A DNA stretch of 60,863 bases from NCBI GenBank assembly GCA_964526285.1, contig CAZGIW010000001.1:1-60863 (forward strand), read 5' to 3'. Positions 51,143 through 60,863 of this stretch are shown piece by piece. The notes below the pieces were generated by a model. It ran no database searches. It worked only from the letters and a program-made list of their open reading frames with translations, and had not been told where the DNA came from. The translations under genes were made by a program, and so were the position numbers. Source of the DNA: an uncultured Bacteroidales bacterium. GTDB lineage: Bacteria; Bacteroidota; Bacteroidia; Bacteroidales; DTU049. How positions within the stretch are numbered: the stretch's first letter is position 1; every line of letters begins with the position of its first letter.

Positions 51143-53200
51143 ATGAAAAAATTACATATAATTTCAATTCTCTTCATTTTTCTGTTCGCAGCAAATGGAG
51201 TATTTGCTCAAAATATTGAGTTTACAAAACAAAACTTTCCAAATGATAAAAAAGGACTGAAAGAAGCACAAAATAATATCGCAATGGGCGACAAATTTTA
51301 TATTGCTGGTCCAGGAAAATATTATGATGCCATTGAGTCATATATGAAAGCATATAATTTCAATCCAAACAATGCTTTGTTGAACTACAAAATTGGAAAG
51401 TGCTATCTTTACTCTATTGACAAGCATAAAGCGATCATATATCTTGAAAAAGCACATCAGCTTAAGCCTAATGTTGAGGGAGATGTGTTGTTGTTGATTG
51501 CACAGGCCTTTCATGGTATTCATGAATTTGAAAAAGCCATTGATAAATATCGTGAATACAAAAATGTTTTAACTCCAAAATCACTTGCAGAAATTGGCAA
51601 AGATGTTGACAGAAAAATTAAAGAGTGTCAAACTGGTATTGAGCTCATGCAGAATCCAGTTCGTGTTTTCATTGATAATATGGGTCCCGTGATAAATACT
51701 CAGTATCCTGAATACAGTCCTATTATCAATGCCGATGAATCAATGATAATTTTCACAACCAGACGCAATACCACAACAGGTGGCAAACTTGATCCCAATG
51801 ATGGGAAATACTATGAGGATATTTTTATTTCTTATCGTGAAAATAAAGAGTGGGGAACTCCACAAAACCCTGGCAAACCTCTCAATTCTGATTTGCATGA
51901 TGCCACAGTGGGTCTTTCTCCTGATGGACAAAAATTATTTGTATATCGTGGTGATAACGGTGGTGATATATATGAATGTGACCTGAAAGGCAACACCTGG
52001 ACAAAACCACAACGCCTCAATAAAAACATCAATACCAAATACCATGAATCAAGTGCTTCATTATCTCCCGACGGAAGAAAACTTTATTTTGTTTCTGACA
52101 AACCCGGTGGTTATGGTGGGCGCGATATTTATGTTTCTGAACTGGACAAAAAAGGAAACTGGGGTCCTGCTCAGTTATTGCCCAGTACAATAAACACACC
52201 CTTAGATGAAGAAGCTGTATTTATACATCCTGATGGTAAAACTCTATATTTTAGCTCAAAAGGCCACAATACCATGGGAGGTTATGATATTTTCAAAACT
52301 GTTTTTGAAAACGGACAATGGTCAAAGCCTGAAAATTTAGGTTATCCCATTAACACCGCTGGTGATGATGTGTTTTTCTCAATCTCTGCAAGCGGCAGAC
52401 ATGGATATTATTCTTCAGCACGTCCCGGTGGATTTGGAGATCAGGATTTATATGTAATTACATTCCTCGGTGCTGAAAAACAAATGGTTAATAACTCTGA
52501 TGATAACCTTCTTGCATGGAAAACACAGGCTATTACAGAAACTGTCATTGAAGAAGTGATTGATATTGAAACCGCATCTCTCACTCTACTTAAAGGAAGA
52601 ATTCTTGATGAAGTTACATTGCAACCAGTGGAAGCAAAGATTCTTTTGTCTGATATTGATAAAAACGAAGATCTTGCCACATTTACTTCTAATAGCGCAA
52701 CAGGTCGTTATCTGGTTTCTCTGCCATCAGGGAAAAACTATGGTATAGCTGTGAGTGCCGATGGATATCTCTTCCATTCCGAAAACTTCAATATTCCTGA
52801 AAAAGCTGCTTATCAGGAAATTGAAAAAGATATTTATCTGAAAAAAATTGCAGTGGGAAGCTCAATCGTTCTTAAAAATATTTTCTTCGACTTCAATCAG
52901 GCAACTCTCAGACCTGAATCCAAAAACGAACTTGATCGTCTTGTCACCCTGATGAACGATATGCCTTCATTAAAAATTGAAATTTCCGGACACACTGACA
53001 ATATTGGTTCTGCGCAGTACAACAAAACACTGTCAGAGCGTCGTGCCAAATCTGTTGTTGATTATCTCATTGAAAATGGCATTAGCCCTAACCGCCTCAC
53101 TTACAAGGGATACGGTTTTGACATGCCAATTGCTCCCAATGATACCGACGAAGGAAGACAACAAAACAGACGTACAGAGTTTAAAATTATCAGCAACTAA
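51143..53200 (+). CDS. OmpA-family protein (TPR + PD40 + carboxypeptidase-regulatory-like + OmpA; PorE-like architecture)
   Basis: PD40 motifs SPDGRKLYFVS; NIFFDFN, GHTDNIG, LSERRA and NRRTEF OmpA motifs. Confidence 0.92.
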   Translation: MKKLHIISILFIFLFAANGVFAQNIEFTKQNFPNDKKGLKEAQNNIAMGDKFYIAGPGKYYDAIESYMKAYNFNPNNALLNYKIGKCYLYSIDKHKAIIYLEKAHQLKPNVEGDVLLLIAQAFHGIHEFEKAIDKYREYKNVLTPKSLAEIGKDVDRKIKECQTGIELMQNPVRVFIDNMGPVINTQYPEYSPIINADESMIIFTTRRNTTTGGKLDPNDGKYYEDIFISYRENKEWGTPQNPGKPLNSDLHDATVGLSPDGQKLFVYRGDNGGDIYECDLKGNTWTKPQRLNKNINTKYHESSASLSPDGRKLYFVSDKPGGYGGRDIYVSELDKKGNWGPAQLLPSTINTPLDEEAVFIHPDGKTLYFSSKGHNTMGGYDIFKTVFENGQWSKPENLGYPINTAGDDVFFSISASGRHGYYSSARPGGFGDQDLYVITFLGAEKQMVNNSDDNLLAWKTQAITETVIEEVIDIETASLTLLKGRILDEVTLQPVEAKILLSDIDKNEDLATFTSNSATGRYLVSLPSGKNYGIAVSADGYLFHSENFNIPEKAAYQEIEKDIYLKKIAVGSSIVLKNIFFDFNQATLRPESKNELDRLVTLMNDMPSLKIEISGHTDNIGSAQYNKTLSERRAKSVVDYLIENGISPNRLTYKGYGFDMPIAPNDTDEGRQQNRRTEFKIISN

Positions 53201-53242
53201 AAGCAATTGCTTCTGTCAGAAATACCTTTTTGATATTTTCCT

Positions 53243-54307
53243 ATGGCAAAAGATTTCAACATTACCCGTTTCTTCAGTTTCAAACGGGTAATGTTACCTG
53301 TTGTTCTTGGTCTTGGTGTTGGGGCATTTCTAATATTTAAAGATACAGATATTGATATTCTTACAAATATTAGGTGGAACAATACTTCTGTTTTCTGGCT
53401 TTTTATGGCTGTTCTTATGGTCGTCTGTAGAGATTTGGGTTATATTTTAAGGCTCCGACTTCTTACAAATAAAGAACTGTCCTGGAGAAAAAGCTTTCAG
53501 GTGATTATGATTTGGGAGTTTGCCTCGGCCTTAACTCCATCTGTGGTTGGCGGCTCTGCTGTTGCAATGTTTATTATTAATAAAGAAAAAATCCCCCTGG
53601 GAAGAGCCTCTGCCATTGTGATGATAACTGCTTTACTTGATGAGCTGTTTTATCTTATTACTGTGCCTTTAATCATGATTTTTGTTACAGATTTTTCCTT
53701 CTTTTATAACAATAGTTATGTTATTTTTGGCACAACTTTTTCCGGATTTGGACTTTTTCTTATTGGATATGGATTTATGCTATTCCTGACTTTATTTATA
53801 TCTTATGCTGTATTTATTAATCCCCGAAAAATTAAAGCTTTTCTTGTTCGTGTTTTCAAATTTCGATGGATTAGAAAATGGAGATATGGTGCGCTCACAA
53901 CTGGCAACGATTTGATCAATACCTCAAAAGAATTAAAAGGAAAAACATATCAATTCTGGTTAAAAGGATTTGCCTATACTTTTTTATCGTGGACTGCCAG
54001 ATTTTTGCTTGTCAATTTTCTTATTCTTGCATTCATGCCTGTGGAAAGTCACTTTCAGATTTATGCAACTCAAATGGTAATGTGGGTAATTATGCTTATC
54101 AGTCCAACACCGGGTGGTAGTGGTTTTGCCGAATATCTTTTTTCAGATTTTCTCAAAGTATTTCTTGTATCTGGTCTTGCCCCGATACTTGCTGTAATCT
54201 GGAGAATTCTCAGCTATTATTTATACATCATTATAGGTAGTATCGTTTTGCCTGTGTGGTTACAAAGAGTAAGAAAAAAAGACGATTTACATGCTATGAA
54301 CAAATAA
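53243..54307 (+). CDS. Lysylphosphatidylglycerol synthase TM / flippase-like protein
   Basis: Multi-TM; TPSVVGG, SPTPGGSGFAE and IWRILSYY motifs. Confidence 0.88.
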   Translation: MAKDFNITRFFSFKRVMLPVVLGLGVGAFLIFKDTDIDILTNIRWNNTSVFWLFMAVLMVVCRDLGYILRLRLLTNKELSWRKSFQVIMIWEFASALTPSVVGGSAVAMFIINKEKIPLGRASAIVMITALLDELFYLITVPLIMIFVTDFSFFYNNSYVIFGTTFSGFGLFLIGYGFMLFLTLFISYAVFINPRKIKAFLVRVFKFRWIRKWRYGALTTGNDLINTSKELKGKTYQFWLKGFAYTFLSWTARFLLVNFLILAFMPVESHFQIYATQMVMWVIMLISPTPGGSGFAEYLFSDFLKVFLVSGLAPILAVIWRILSYYLYIIIGSIVLPVWLQRVRKKDDLHAMNK

Positions 54308-54367
54308 CACACAAAATTTTGTAAATTTGTATGCTGCATTCCTGTTAAATCTCTTTAATTTTCAGTA

Positions 54368-57300
54368 TTGAAAACATCGATATTCTATATTTTCGTTTTT
54401 TTATTTTTCACCACTCTGTCTGCCAGTGGCCAAGTTCACTCTGTAAAAAAAAACAAAAAAATTATTGCTAAAGACTGTGTTTTTCAAATTGATACTCTTT
54501 ATATTTTGCCGTCTTCTATCGTTATTTATGATGATTCAAGCGGTGAAATTATCAATGATTCTCTCTATTCTTTTAATCTCAACTCCTCCCTCCTGTCCTT
54601 TTCAGACTCATTATGCAAACATGTATCCTCTTTGTCTGTTTCATATCAAACAATTGCAATACCCATTGGTTTTATGGCACAAAGAAAAAAACCGCAAAAA
54701 AGTATTGACAGCACAGAGCAAGCATTTGAATATATTTTTCCATCTACAGAGCTTTTTGACCCGTTTGCATCTGACGGCCTCATTAAAAACGGCAATATCA
54801 GCAGAGGTCTTTCTGTTGGGAATACACAAGGAGCCTCCCTGCAATCATCTCTTGATATAAGACTTAGCGGCAAGCTCAACAATGATGTCGATATTGTTGC
54901 TGTGATTACAGATAATAATATCCCCATTCAGCCCGATGGCAACACAAGACAACTACAGGAATTTGATAAAGTGTTTATTGAACTGAGTAAAGACCGAACA
55001 AAAGCAAGAATTGGTGATCTTGAACAACGCAATCCAGATACCCATTTTTTAAAATACTTCAAAAAAACCCAGGGAGGACTGTTTCAAACATCTCTACATT
55101 CATCAAGTACTATATTTTCTGGAGACAGTAGTGTGCAAAATATGTATATTTCAGGTGGTATATCCAAGGGAAAATTTGCCAGAAAAACGTTCATTGGAAT
55201 CAATGGCAATCAGGGGCCATATAAACTTACCGGAGCAGAAAACGAAATGTTTATAATCATTCTTGCCGGTACAGAAAAAGTATTTATCAACGGTGAACTT
55301 ATGACCAGAGGACAAGGCTACGATTATGTAATTGATTACAATACTGCTGAATTGAGTTTTACATCAAACAGAATGATTACTTCTGACTCAAGAATTACTA
55401 TTGAATTTGAATATTCAGATAAAAATTATGTTCGTTCTTTGTTTACAGGGGGATATGAATTTGATGATCATAAGACAACATTTGCATTTCATTTTTATTC
55501 AGAACAAGATGCTAAAAATCAGCCTCTTCAACAAACCCTGGATGAAGATAACAAATATATACTTCAAATGGCCGGTGATAATCCTTTGGCCGCTGTGGCT
55601 CCGGGCTGGGACTCGGTTGCGTTTTCAGGAGATTATGTGCTTTATGCAATGATTGATACTCTGGGATATGATTCCGTTTTTTTGTATTCAATTGATTCTC
55701 AGGTTGCAACTTACAGGGTTAGTTTTTCATTTGTTGGCCAGGGAAACGGAAATTACATTCAGGACAGAGGTCTGGCAAATGGAAGAGTTTTTAAATGGGT
55801 TGAGCCCATGGGAGGTATTCCACAGGGAGACCATCAACCCTATATTATTCTTGTAGCCCCAAAAAAACAACAAATGGCGACTCTTCGTTTTTCTCATCAA
55901 TTTAATAAAAAAACTCTTGCAGGAGCTGAACTGGCATTGAGTAATCAGGACTTAAACACTTTTTCCATTATTGATAACCAAAACAATTCAGGTGTAGCTG
56001 GTAAGGTATTTGTCAGGCATACTTCATTTCTACGTTCTGATAGTTTGCTTACACCTTTGTTTTTACAAAAAGAAATTTCATATGAATTTACAGAGGCTAC
56101 ATTTACTGCTGTTGAACGTTTCAGAAGTGTAGAATTTAACAGAGACTGGAATATTCAGGACAATGATAACACAACCAATAATCATATTTTTAGTGCTTCT
56201 TTCAGGCTTTTAAATAATAAAAAGCTCATTGGTTCTTATCAGGCAGATTATTTTTTAAACAGTCAAAATTTCAATGGTCTTAAAAACATCTTGTTTCTGA
56301 ATCTACAAAAAGGAATATTCCGGTTTCGTTCAGATGCCATGTATATGACCTCTGACAAAACAAGTTTCACCACTCGTTTTTTTAAACAAAAAAGCAAACT
56401 TTGGGCTGTAGCAGGACCTCTTGCTGCGGGTTCTGTTTTTGAACAGGAAATTAACTATTTCCGATTAATAAATGATAGTCTGCTTGGTAATTCATACCGC
56501 TTTTTTGAATTTGAACCATTTATTGAATCTGCTTCTGACTCTTCAGGGTTTCATTTTCGATTATGGTTTAATCAGAGAAACACATACCAAATGTTGACAA
56601 ATACAGATCCTGATCCGGCTTATTATTCACGTGAATATGGATTACGTATTCAGTCTGATGTTTCGTCAATGAATCGTTTTGCGCTAACTGGAGCTTACAG
56701 AAGTATTTATTTACAAGACACAATAATTTCAAATGTGAGCAATGACAATGCCTTGGTTTCACGACTGGAACATAATTTATATTTATTTGAAGGGGCCATT
56801 AGTTCATTTTTGTATTATGAAGTTGCTTCTGGTATGGAGTCAAAAAAAGAATTTTCCTATCTTGAGGTCGCCCCCGGACAAGGACAATACACCTGGGTTG
56901 ATTATAATCTTAACGGCATTAAAGAGCTGGACGAATTTGAGCCAGCCAATTATCAGGATGAAGCCAATTATATCCGTATTCTCATGCCCTCGACTGAATA
57001 TATTAAAGCATATACCATGCAGGTAAATGAAACGTTTTTGATTGATCCTTCCAGAATATGGAGATCAGATACAAGTAGCTGGAAAAAAATATTGAGTCGG
57101 TTTTCAAACCGTTTTCAATTTTCAATGATGAAAAAAACCACTTCAGACAACATAGAAAATCGTTTTTTTCCAACATTCTCTTCGCTATATGATTCTTCTC
57201 TGGTTACATTAAATTCTGGTATCAACAACACCTTTTTCTTTAACAGGGCACATCCGGTGTTTAGTATGAGATATCGTTATTCTGACAACATCAACAAGAT

Positions 57301-57856
57301 GCTTATGCTGAATGGTTTTGAATATAGAAGAATGATTTCAAACGAATTGCAAATAGTTTGGAACATGACAAAAACGCTGGGAACAGATATTGAGTTCCGC
57401 TGGGGAAACAGAGAAAACAATTCAGAATTATCTTTGTTACGTAATTACGATATTCAAATCCTGGAGCTATTTCCCCGTATTCATTTTCAGCCTAATTTGA
57501 AACAACGATTTAGTTTAATTTCCAGATTTAAAGATTCAAAAAACATATTATCGGGACTTGATGAACATGCTTCTATTGTTTCACTGGGGCCAGAGGCTCG
57601 TTTTCCTATAGCAGAAAAACACACATTCAATATACGTTTTACTTATCATTATATCACATATACCGGAGACAAAAACACTCCTCTGGCCTTTGAAATGTTA
57701 GAATCTCTGGAGCCGGGAACTAATTTCACGTGGAACATAACAATGCAGTATGCTGTTTCTAAAGCACTTCAAATTCATTTTATGTATGAGGGTCGCAAAC
57801 CCGAAGGAAAAGACATGATACATTTCGGAAGTGTACAATTAAAGGCTTTGCTTTAG
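54368..57856 (+). CDS. Large putative outer-membrane protein, unknown function
   Basis: TTG start, signal peptide; GNISRGLSVGN, GNQGPYKL and DYVIDYN motifs; amphipathic beta-strands in the C-terminal part. Confidence 0.8.
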   Translation: MKTSIFYIFVFLFFTTLSASGQVHSVKKNKKIIAKDCVFQIDTLYILPSSIVIYDDSSGEIINDSLYSFNLNSSLLSFSDSLCKHVSSLSVSYQTIAIPIGFMAQRKKPQKSIDSTEQAFEYIFPSTELFDPFASDGLIKNGNISRGLSVGNTQGASLQSSLDIRLSGKLNNDVDIVAVITDNNIPIQPDGNTRQLQEFDKVFIELSKDRTKARIGDLEQRNPDTHFLKYFKKTQGGLFQTSLHSSSTIFSGDSSVQNMYISGGISKGKFARKTFIGINGNQGPYKLTGAENEMFIIILAGTEKVFINGELMTRGQGYDYVIDYNTAELSFTSNRMITSDSRITIEFEYSDKNYVRSLFTGGYEFDDHKTTFAFHFYSEQDAKNQPLQQTLDEDNKYILQMAGDNPLAAVAPGWDSVAFSGDYVLYAMIDTLGYDSVFLYSIDSQVATYRVSFSFVGQGNGNYIQDRGLANGRVFKWVEPMGGIPQGDHQPYIILVAPKKQQMATLRFSHQFNKKTLAGAELALSNQDLNTFSIIDNQNNSGVAGKVFVRHTSFLRSDSLLTPLFLQKEISYEFTEATFTAVERFRSVEFNRDWNIQDNDNTTNNHIFSASFRLLNNKKLIGSYQADYFLNSQNFNGLKNILFLNLQKGIFRFRSDAMYMTSDKTSFTTRFFKQKSKLWAVAGPLAAGSVFEQEINYFRLINDSLLGNSYRFFEFEPFIESASDSSGFHFRLWFNQRNTYQMLTNTDPDPAYYSREYGLRIQSDVSSMNRFALTGAYRSIYLQDTIISNVSNDNALVSRLEHNLYLFEGAISSFLYYEVASGMESKKEFSYLEVAPGQGQYTWVDYNLNGIKELDEFEPANYQDEANYIRILMPSTEYIKAYTMQVNETFLIDPSRIWRSDTSSWKKILSRFSNRFQFSMMKKTTSDNIENRFFPTFSSLYDSSLVTLNSGINNTFFFNRAHPVFSMRYRYSDNINKMLMLNGFEYRRMISNELQIVWNMTKTLGTDIEFRWGNRENNSELSLLRNYDIQILELFPRIHFQPNLKQRFSLISRFKDSKNILSGLDEHASIVSLGPEARFPIAEKHTFNIRFTYHYITYTGDKNTPLAFEMLESLEPGTNFTWNITMQYAVSKALQIHFMYEGRKPEGKDMIHFGSVQLKALL

Positions 57857-57932
57857 GGGATTTTTTAACCATTACTAAATGTTTAATTTCTGATTTAACC
57901 CCATTTTTTCTGTTAATGAAAGAGTCAACTTT

Positions 57933-58574
57933 TTACAAAAAAATCCTGATAATCAAAATGATACCAAAAATGACCAAAGAAATTCCTACAACACGATTAA
58001 TTCGGTATTGTGTTCTTAATTTCAAATATTTTTTAATTTTTGCACCAATATAACTTTTAAGCAAATCCATTGCAAAAACCATAACTACTGTTCCTGAAAA
58101 AAAAGTAAAAAAGGTAACTGTATATGCATCAATTTCAGCCTGATTGCTGGGTTTCAATGAAGAAGATGCAGCCAGCCAAAAAAACCAAACAAAAGGATTT
58201 AAAAAATTTAATAGAAATCCTTTTCCCATAAAAGTAAAAAGTCCTGGCCTGGTTTGTGGTGTTTTAATATTAATACTTCTTCTGATAAGCATATCGGGTT
58301 TTTTCATAAAAGTATAAATGCCAAAAACGATAAGTATTACACTTCCTATAATGCCCACATAAATATCATTATATCCTGTACTTAAAATGGTTGTGAGGCC
58401 AAAATATGAAATAAAAATTAATACAATATCACTAAAAACGACACCTATTGATATTTGCATTGCACTTTTAAAACCTCTGTCAATGCTGGTTTGGATAATA
58501 GTGAAAAAGGCAGGGCCCAGTGTCACTGACAAAATCAAGCCTAATATCATTCCTCCCAAAATTGTCTGCCACAT
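57933..58574 (-). CDS. LysE family transporter
   Basis: GPAFFTIIQTSIDRGF, GVVFSD and GFLLNFLNP motifs; about 6 TM. Confidence 0.9.
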   Translation of the reverse strand: MWQTILGGMILGLILSVTLGPAFFTIIQTSIDRGFKSAMQISIGVVFSDIVLIFISYFGLTTILSTGYNDIYVGIIGSVILIVFGIYTFMKKPDMLIRRSINIKTPQTRPGLFTFMGKGFLLNFLNPFVWFFWLAASSSLKPSNQAEIDAYTVTFFTFFSGTVVMVFAMDLLKSYIGAKIKKYLKLRTQYRINRVVGISLVIFGIILIIRIFL

Positions 58575-58579
58575 AATTA

Positions 58580-60124
58580 TCAACTTTTTTGATAATGAGA
58601 ATTAATATAGTTTTTCCAGTTTTCAATTTTTTCCCCTTTCAGTACTCTGGGAAATTTATTTTGTGCACCTTCTTTGCCTATTGAGCGCATATAATCATAA
58701 AATACACTCACCGGAAGCACTTTAACATCAACCTTACGAATTGCCTCAAGTCTTTCAACCCGGTAATCATCATTGAGAATTTTAAGATACTCATCAATTT
58801 TTTCGGCTGCAAGTTGTTCGTCAATTGAATCATCTGTGCCAATCCACCATTGATGAGCAAACATACTTTGATATGGAACACCAGCAACAGCAAATTCACG
58901 AACGCCCACATTATATTCATTTTCCAACATTTCAACTGCGCGGTTCATATTTTCCACAGACAAGTGTTCGCCACACATGCTAAGATAATGTTTTGTACGA
59001 CCCACTATCTGTATCTGATAGTCTTTAACCGACACAAATCTGATAACATCACCTATCAAATACCTCCAGGCACCAGCAACCGTTGACAATAATAAAGCAT
59101 AATCTACTCCTTCTTTAACCTGATCAATGGTTAGGGCCTCTGGATTATCTTTCACATTTCCTTCCAAATCAAAGTTTTCCCAATTGAAGGGGACAAATTC
59201 ATAAAACAAACCTCCATCCAGAACCATTTGCATAATTCCTGTTGGACAGGGTTTGTTTTGATATGCAATAAAACCTTCTGAAGCAAGGTATGTCTCAATA
59301 TAAGTAATTGGTTTTCCTATCAATTTTTCAAAAGACTTCACATAAGGAGAAAAAGAAACACCACCATGACAAAAAACACTGAGATTTGGCCAGATTTCAT
59401 GAATATGTTTAACATTATATTTTTCAATAATTTTTTCCATAAGAATTTGCAGCCATGCTGGAACTCCCACAATTGCCCCAATATCCCATTGAGGTGCTTT
59501 TGATACAATTTCGTTGAGTTTTGTTTTCCAGTCCCTTTCCTTGCTCAGTCTTTTGCCTGGTTTATAATGATGCTGAAACCAAAAAGGAATATTTCCTGCT
59601 GTAATTCCAGACAAGTCTCCTTCATAATAGGTTCCATTATAATGCAAGTGTGTACTACCTCCGAGCATTAATATTCCTTTTTGATAAAATTCTTTTGGTA
59701 AATCATAATAAATCAAAGAAACTATTTGGCGGATACTTGTTTTTTTTATCGCTTTTAACATATCAGGAGTAACAGGAATATACTTGCTGGATGCTTCGCT
59801 TGTTCCTGAACTAAGAGCAAAATATTTTACTTTTCCGGGCCAGGTGACAAAAGATTCACCAGTTAATGATCTGAACCACCATTCATTATGCATTTTTGTA
59901 TAATCAAAAACAGGCACATTTTTTTGAAATTCCTTAATCATCTGTCTGCTTTTAAGAATTTCTGAAAATTTATGGTGCTCTCCAAAAGAAGTAATTTGTG
60001 CTCTCTTTAATAGTTTTTTCAGTTGTTGAGTTTGTGCAGTAATTGGAATAAAATCTTTTCTTTTTACTGGCAATTTGCTTTTCAGCTCAAGTGCTCTTCT
60101 AACTATTGAACCAACAATGGGCAT
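58580..60124 (-). CDS. GH3 auxin-responsive-family acyl-adenylate enzyme
   Basis: SSGTS, YLASEG, YRYxxGD-like WRYLIGD and KFPRV motifs; ATG 60124 downstream of TAATTTTG. Confidence 0.92.
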   Translation of the reverse strand: MPIVGSIVRRALELKSKLPVKRKDFIPITAQTQQLKKLLKRAQITSFGEHHKFSEILKSRQMIKEFQKNVPVFDYTKMHNEWWFRSLTGESFVTWPGKVKYFALSSGTSEASSKYIPVTPDMLKAIKKTSIRQIVSLIYYDLPKEFYQKGILMLGGSTHLHYNGTYYEGDLSGITAGNIPFWFQHHYKPGKRLSKERDWKTKLNEIVSKAPQWDIGAIVGVPAWLQILMEKIIEKYNVKHIHEIWPNLSVFCHGGVSFSPYVKSFEKLIGKPITYIETYLASEGFIAYQNKPCPTGIMQMVLDGGLFYEFVPFNWENFDLEGNVKDNPEALTIDQVKEGVDYALLLSTVAGAWRYLIGDVIRFVSVKDYQIQIVGRTKHYLSMCGEHLSVENMNRAVEMLENEYNVGVREFAVAGVPYQSMFAHQWWIGTDDSIDEQLAAEKIDEYLKILNDDYRVERLEAIRKVDVKVLPVSVFYDYMRSIGKEGAQNKFPRVLKGEKIENWKNYINSHYQKS

Positions 60125-60169
60125 AGAATTTTTTTTCAAAATTACTTTTTTTTTTTTTAGAAAGAGCAC

Positions 60170-60202
60170 AAAAAAAGGGACTGAGATAAGCCCAGTCCCT
60201 TT
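60170..60202 (-). terminator. Intrinsic terminator of the LytTR regulator gene
   Basis: Minus strand AAAGGGACTGGG-CTTAT-CTCAGTCCCTTTTTTT. Confidence 0.85.
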
Positions 60203-60222
60203 AATATTTGATAATTAAGTAA

Positions 60223-60863
60223 TTATACAAGATTTAGTCGACTGAATAATTCTTTTCTGTAAAGTCCGCCAATTGGAATCACTTTCATTTTTCCTTCAAT
60301 AACAAGATCAGGATACTTAATGGAAAAGATTTTATCAAGACGAACAATAAAAGAACGATGAACTCTTACAAAATCTTTTTCCGGAAGAATTCTCATCATT
60401 TCTTTCATTGTTGTATGAGTTGTATAAATATTGTCAGATGTATTGATAACAACATAGTCTTTCAGAGCTTCAACAAAATAAATATCTGAAAATTTAATTT
60501 TGTTCAGTCTGTAATCTGCTCTGACAAAAATACTATCTGGCTCATCTTTTCTTAATACTATAGCCTGATAAAGATCTCTTTCTTTTCTGACTTCAGTATC
60601 TTCAATGTGCTTGTTAATGGCCATTTCAATTGTTGTTTCAAGCTCTTTTTCTTTAAATGGCTTAATAACATACCCATAAGGAACAGATGGTTTTGCTTTG
60701 TCCAAAGTATCTTCATCTGCATATGCTGTTAAGAAAATTACAGGAATATCAAAACGATCCTTAATCACTTTGGCTGCTTCAATTCCACTCATTTCTCCTT
60801 TGAGCATGATATCCATCAGAACCAGATTTGGTCTAAATTTGTGTACGGCTTCGATGGCTTTTT
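60223..60863 (-). CDS. LytTR-family response regulator, 5' end outside the window
   Basis: Frame open to the edge (KAIEAVHKFRPNLVLMDI); FLTA and YVIKPF receiver motifs; LytTR motifs FVEALKDYV and FVRVHRSFIV. Confidence 0.93.
   Translation of the reverse strand, partial: KAIEAVHKFRPNLVLMDIMLKGEMSGIEAAKVIKDRFDIPVIFLTAYADEDTLDKAKPSVPYGYVIKPFKEKELETTIEMAINKHIEDTEVRKERDLYQAIVLRKDEPDSIFVRADYRLNKIKFSDIYFVEALKDYVVINTSDNIYTTHTTMKEMMRILPEKDFVRVHRSFIVRLDKIFSIKYPDLVIEGKMKVIPIGGLYRKELFSRLNLV

Overview
AT-rich chromosomal window from a Bacteroidota (Bacteroidales-like) bacterium. The evidence is TAnnTTTG -7 promoter boxes ahead of many genes, several T9SS C-terminal sorting domains and few Shine-Dalgarno sites. 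Most of the window is ordinary: tRNA-Gln, rimP-nusA-infB, a PhoB/PhoR-like two-component pair, leucyl aminopeptidase, gyrB, rmuC, glnS, folB, tRNA-Asn, a run of secreted, lipoprotein and T9SS cargo genes, a UbiA/MqnP prenyltransferase, TPR and OmpA proteins, GH3, LysE and a partial LytTR regulator. The main anomaly is a ~3.8 kb accessory patch (about 26470-30220) off the 3' end of tRNA-Asn. It holds a RhuM-Fic/Doc gene bracketed by ~100-bp non-coding direct repeats, a truncated second RhuM gene, an orphan 253-aa ORF, twin REP-like hairpins and a four-helix-bundle (IVP) pseudogene missed by the ORF track. Upstream of the orphan ORF are two copies, 219 bp apart, of a ~92-nt motif with a covarying stem and a potential pseudoknot. 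It starts at a predicted transcription start, I could not match it to any RNA family I know, and it is the best candidate for an undescribed system. All family assignments come from recognising motifs by eye; no database searches were run.
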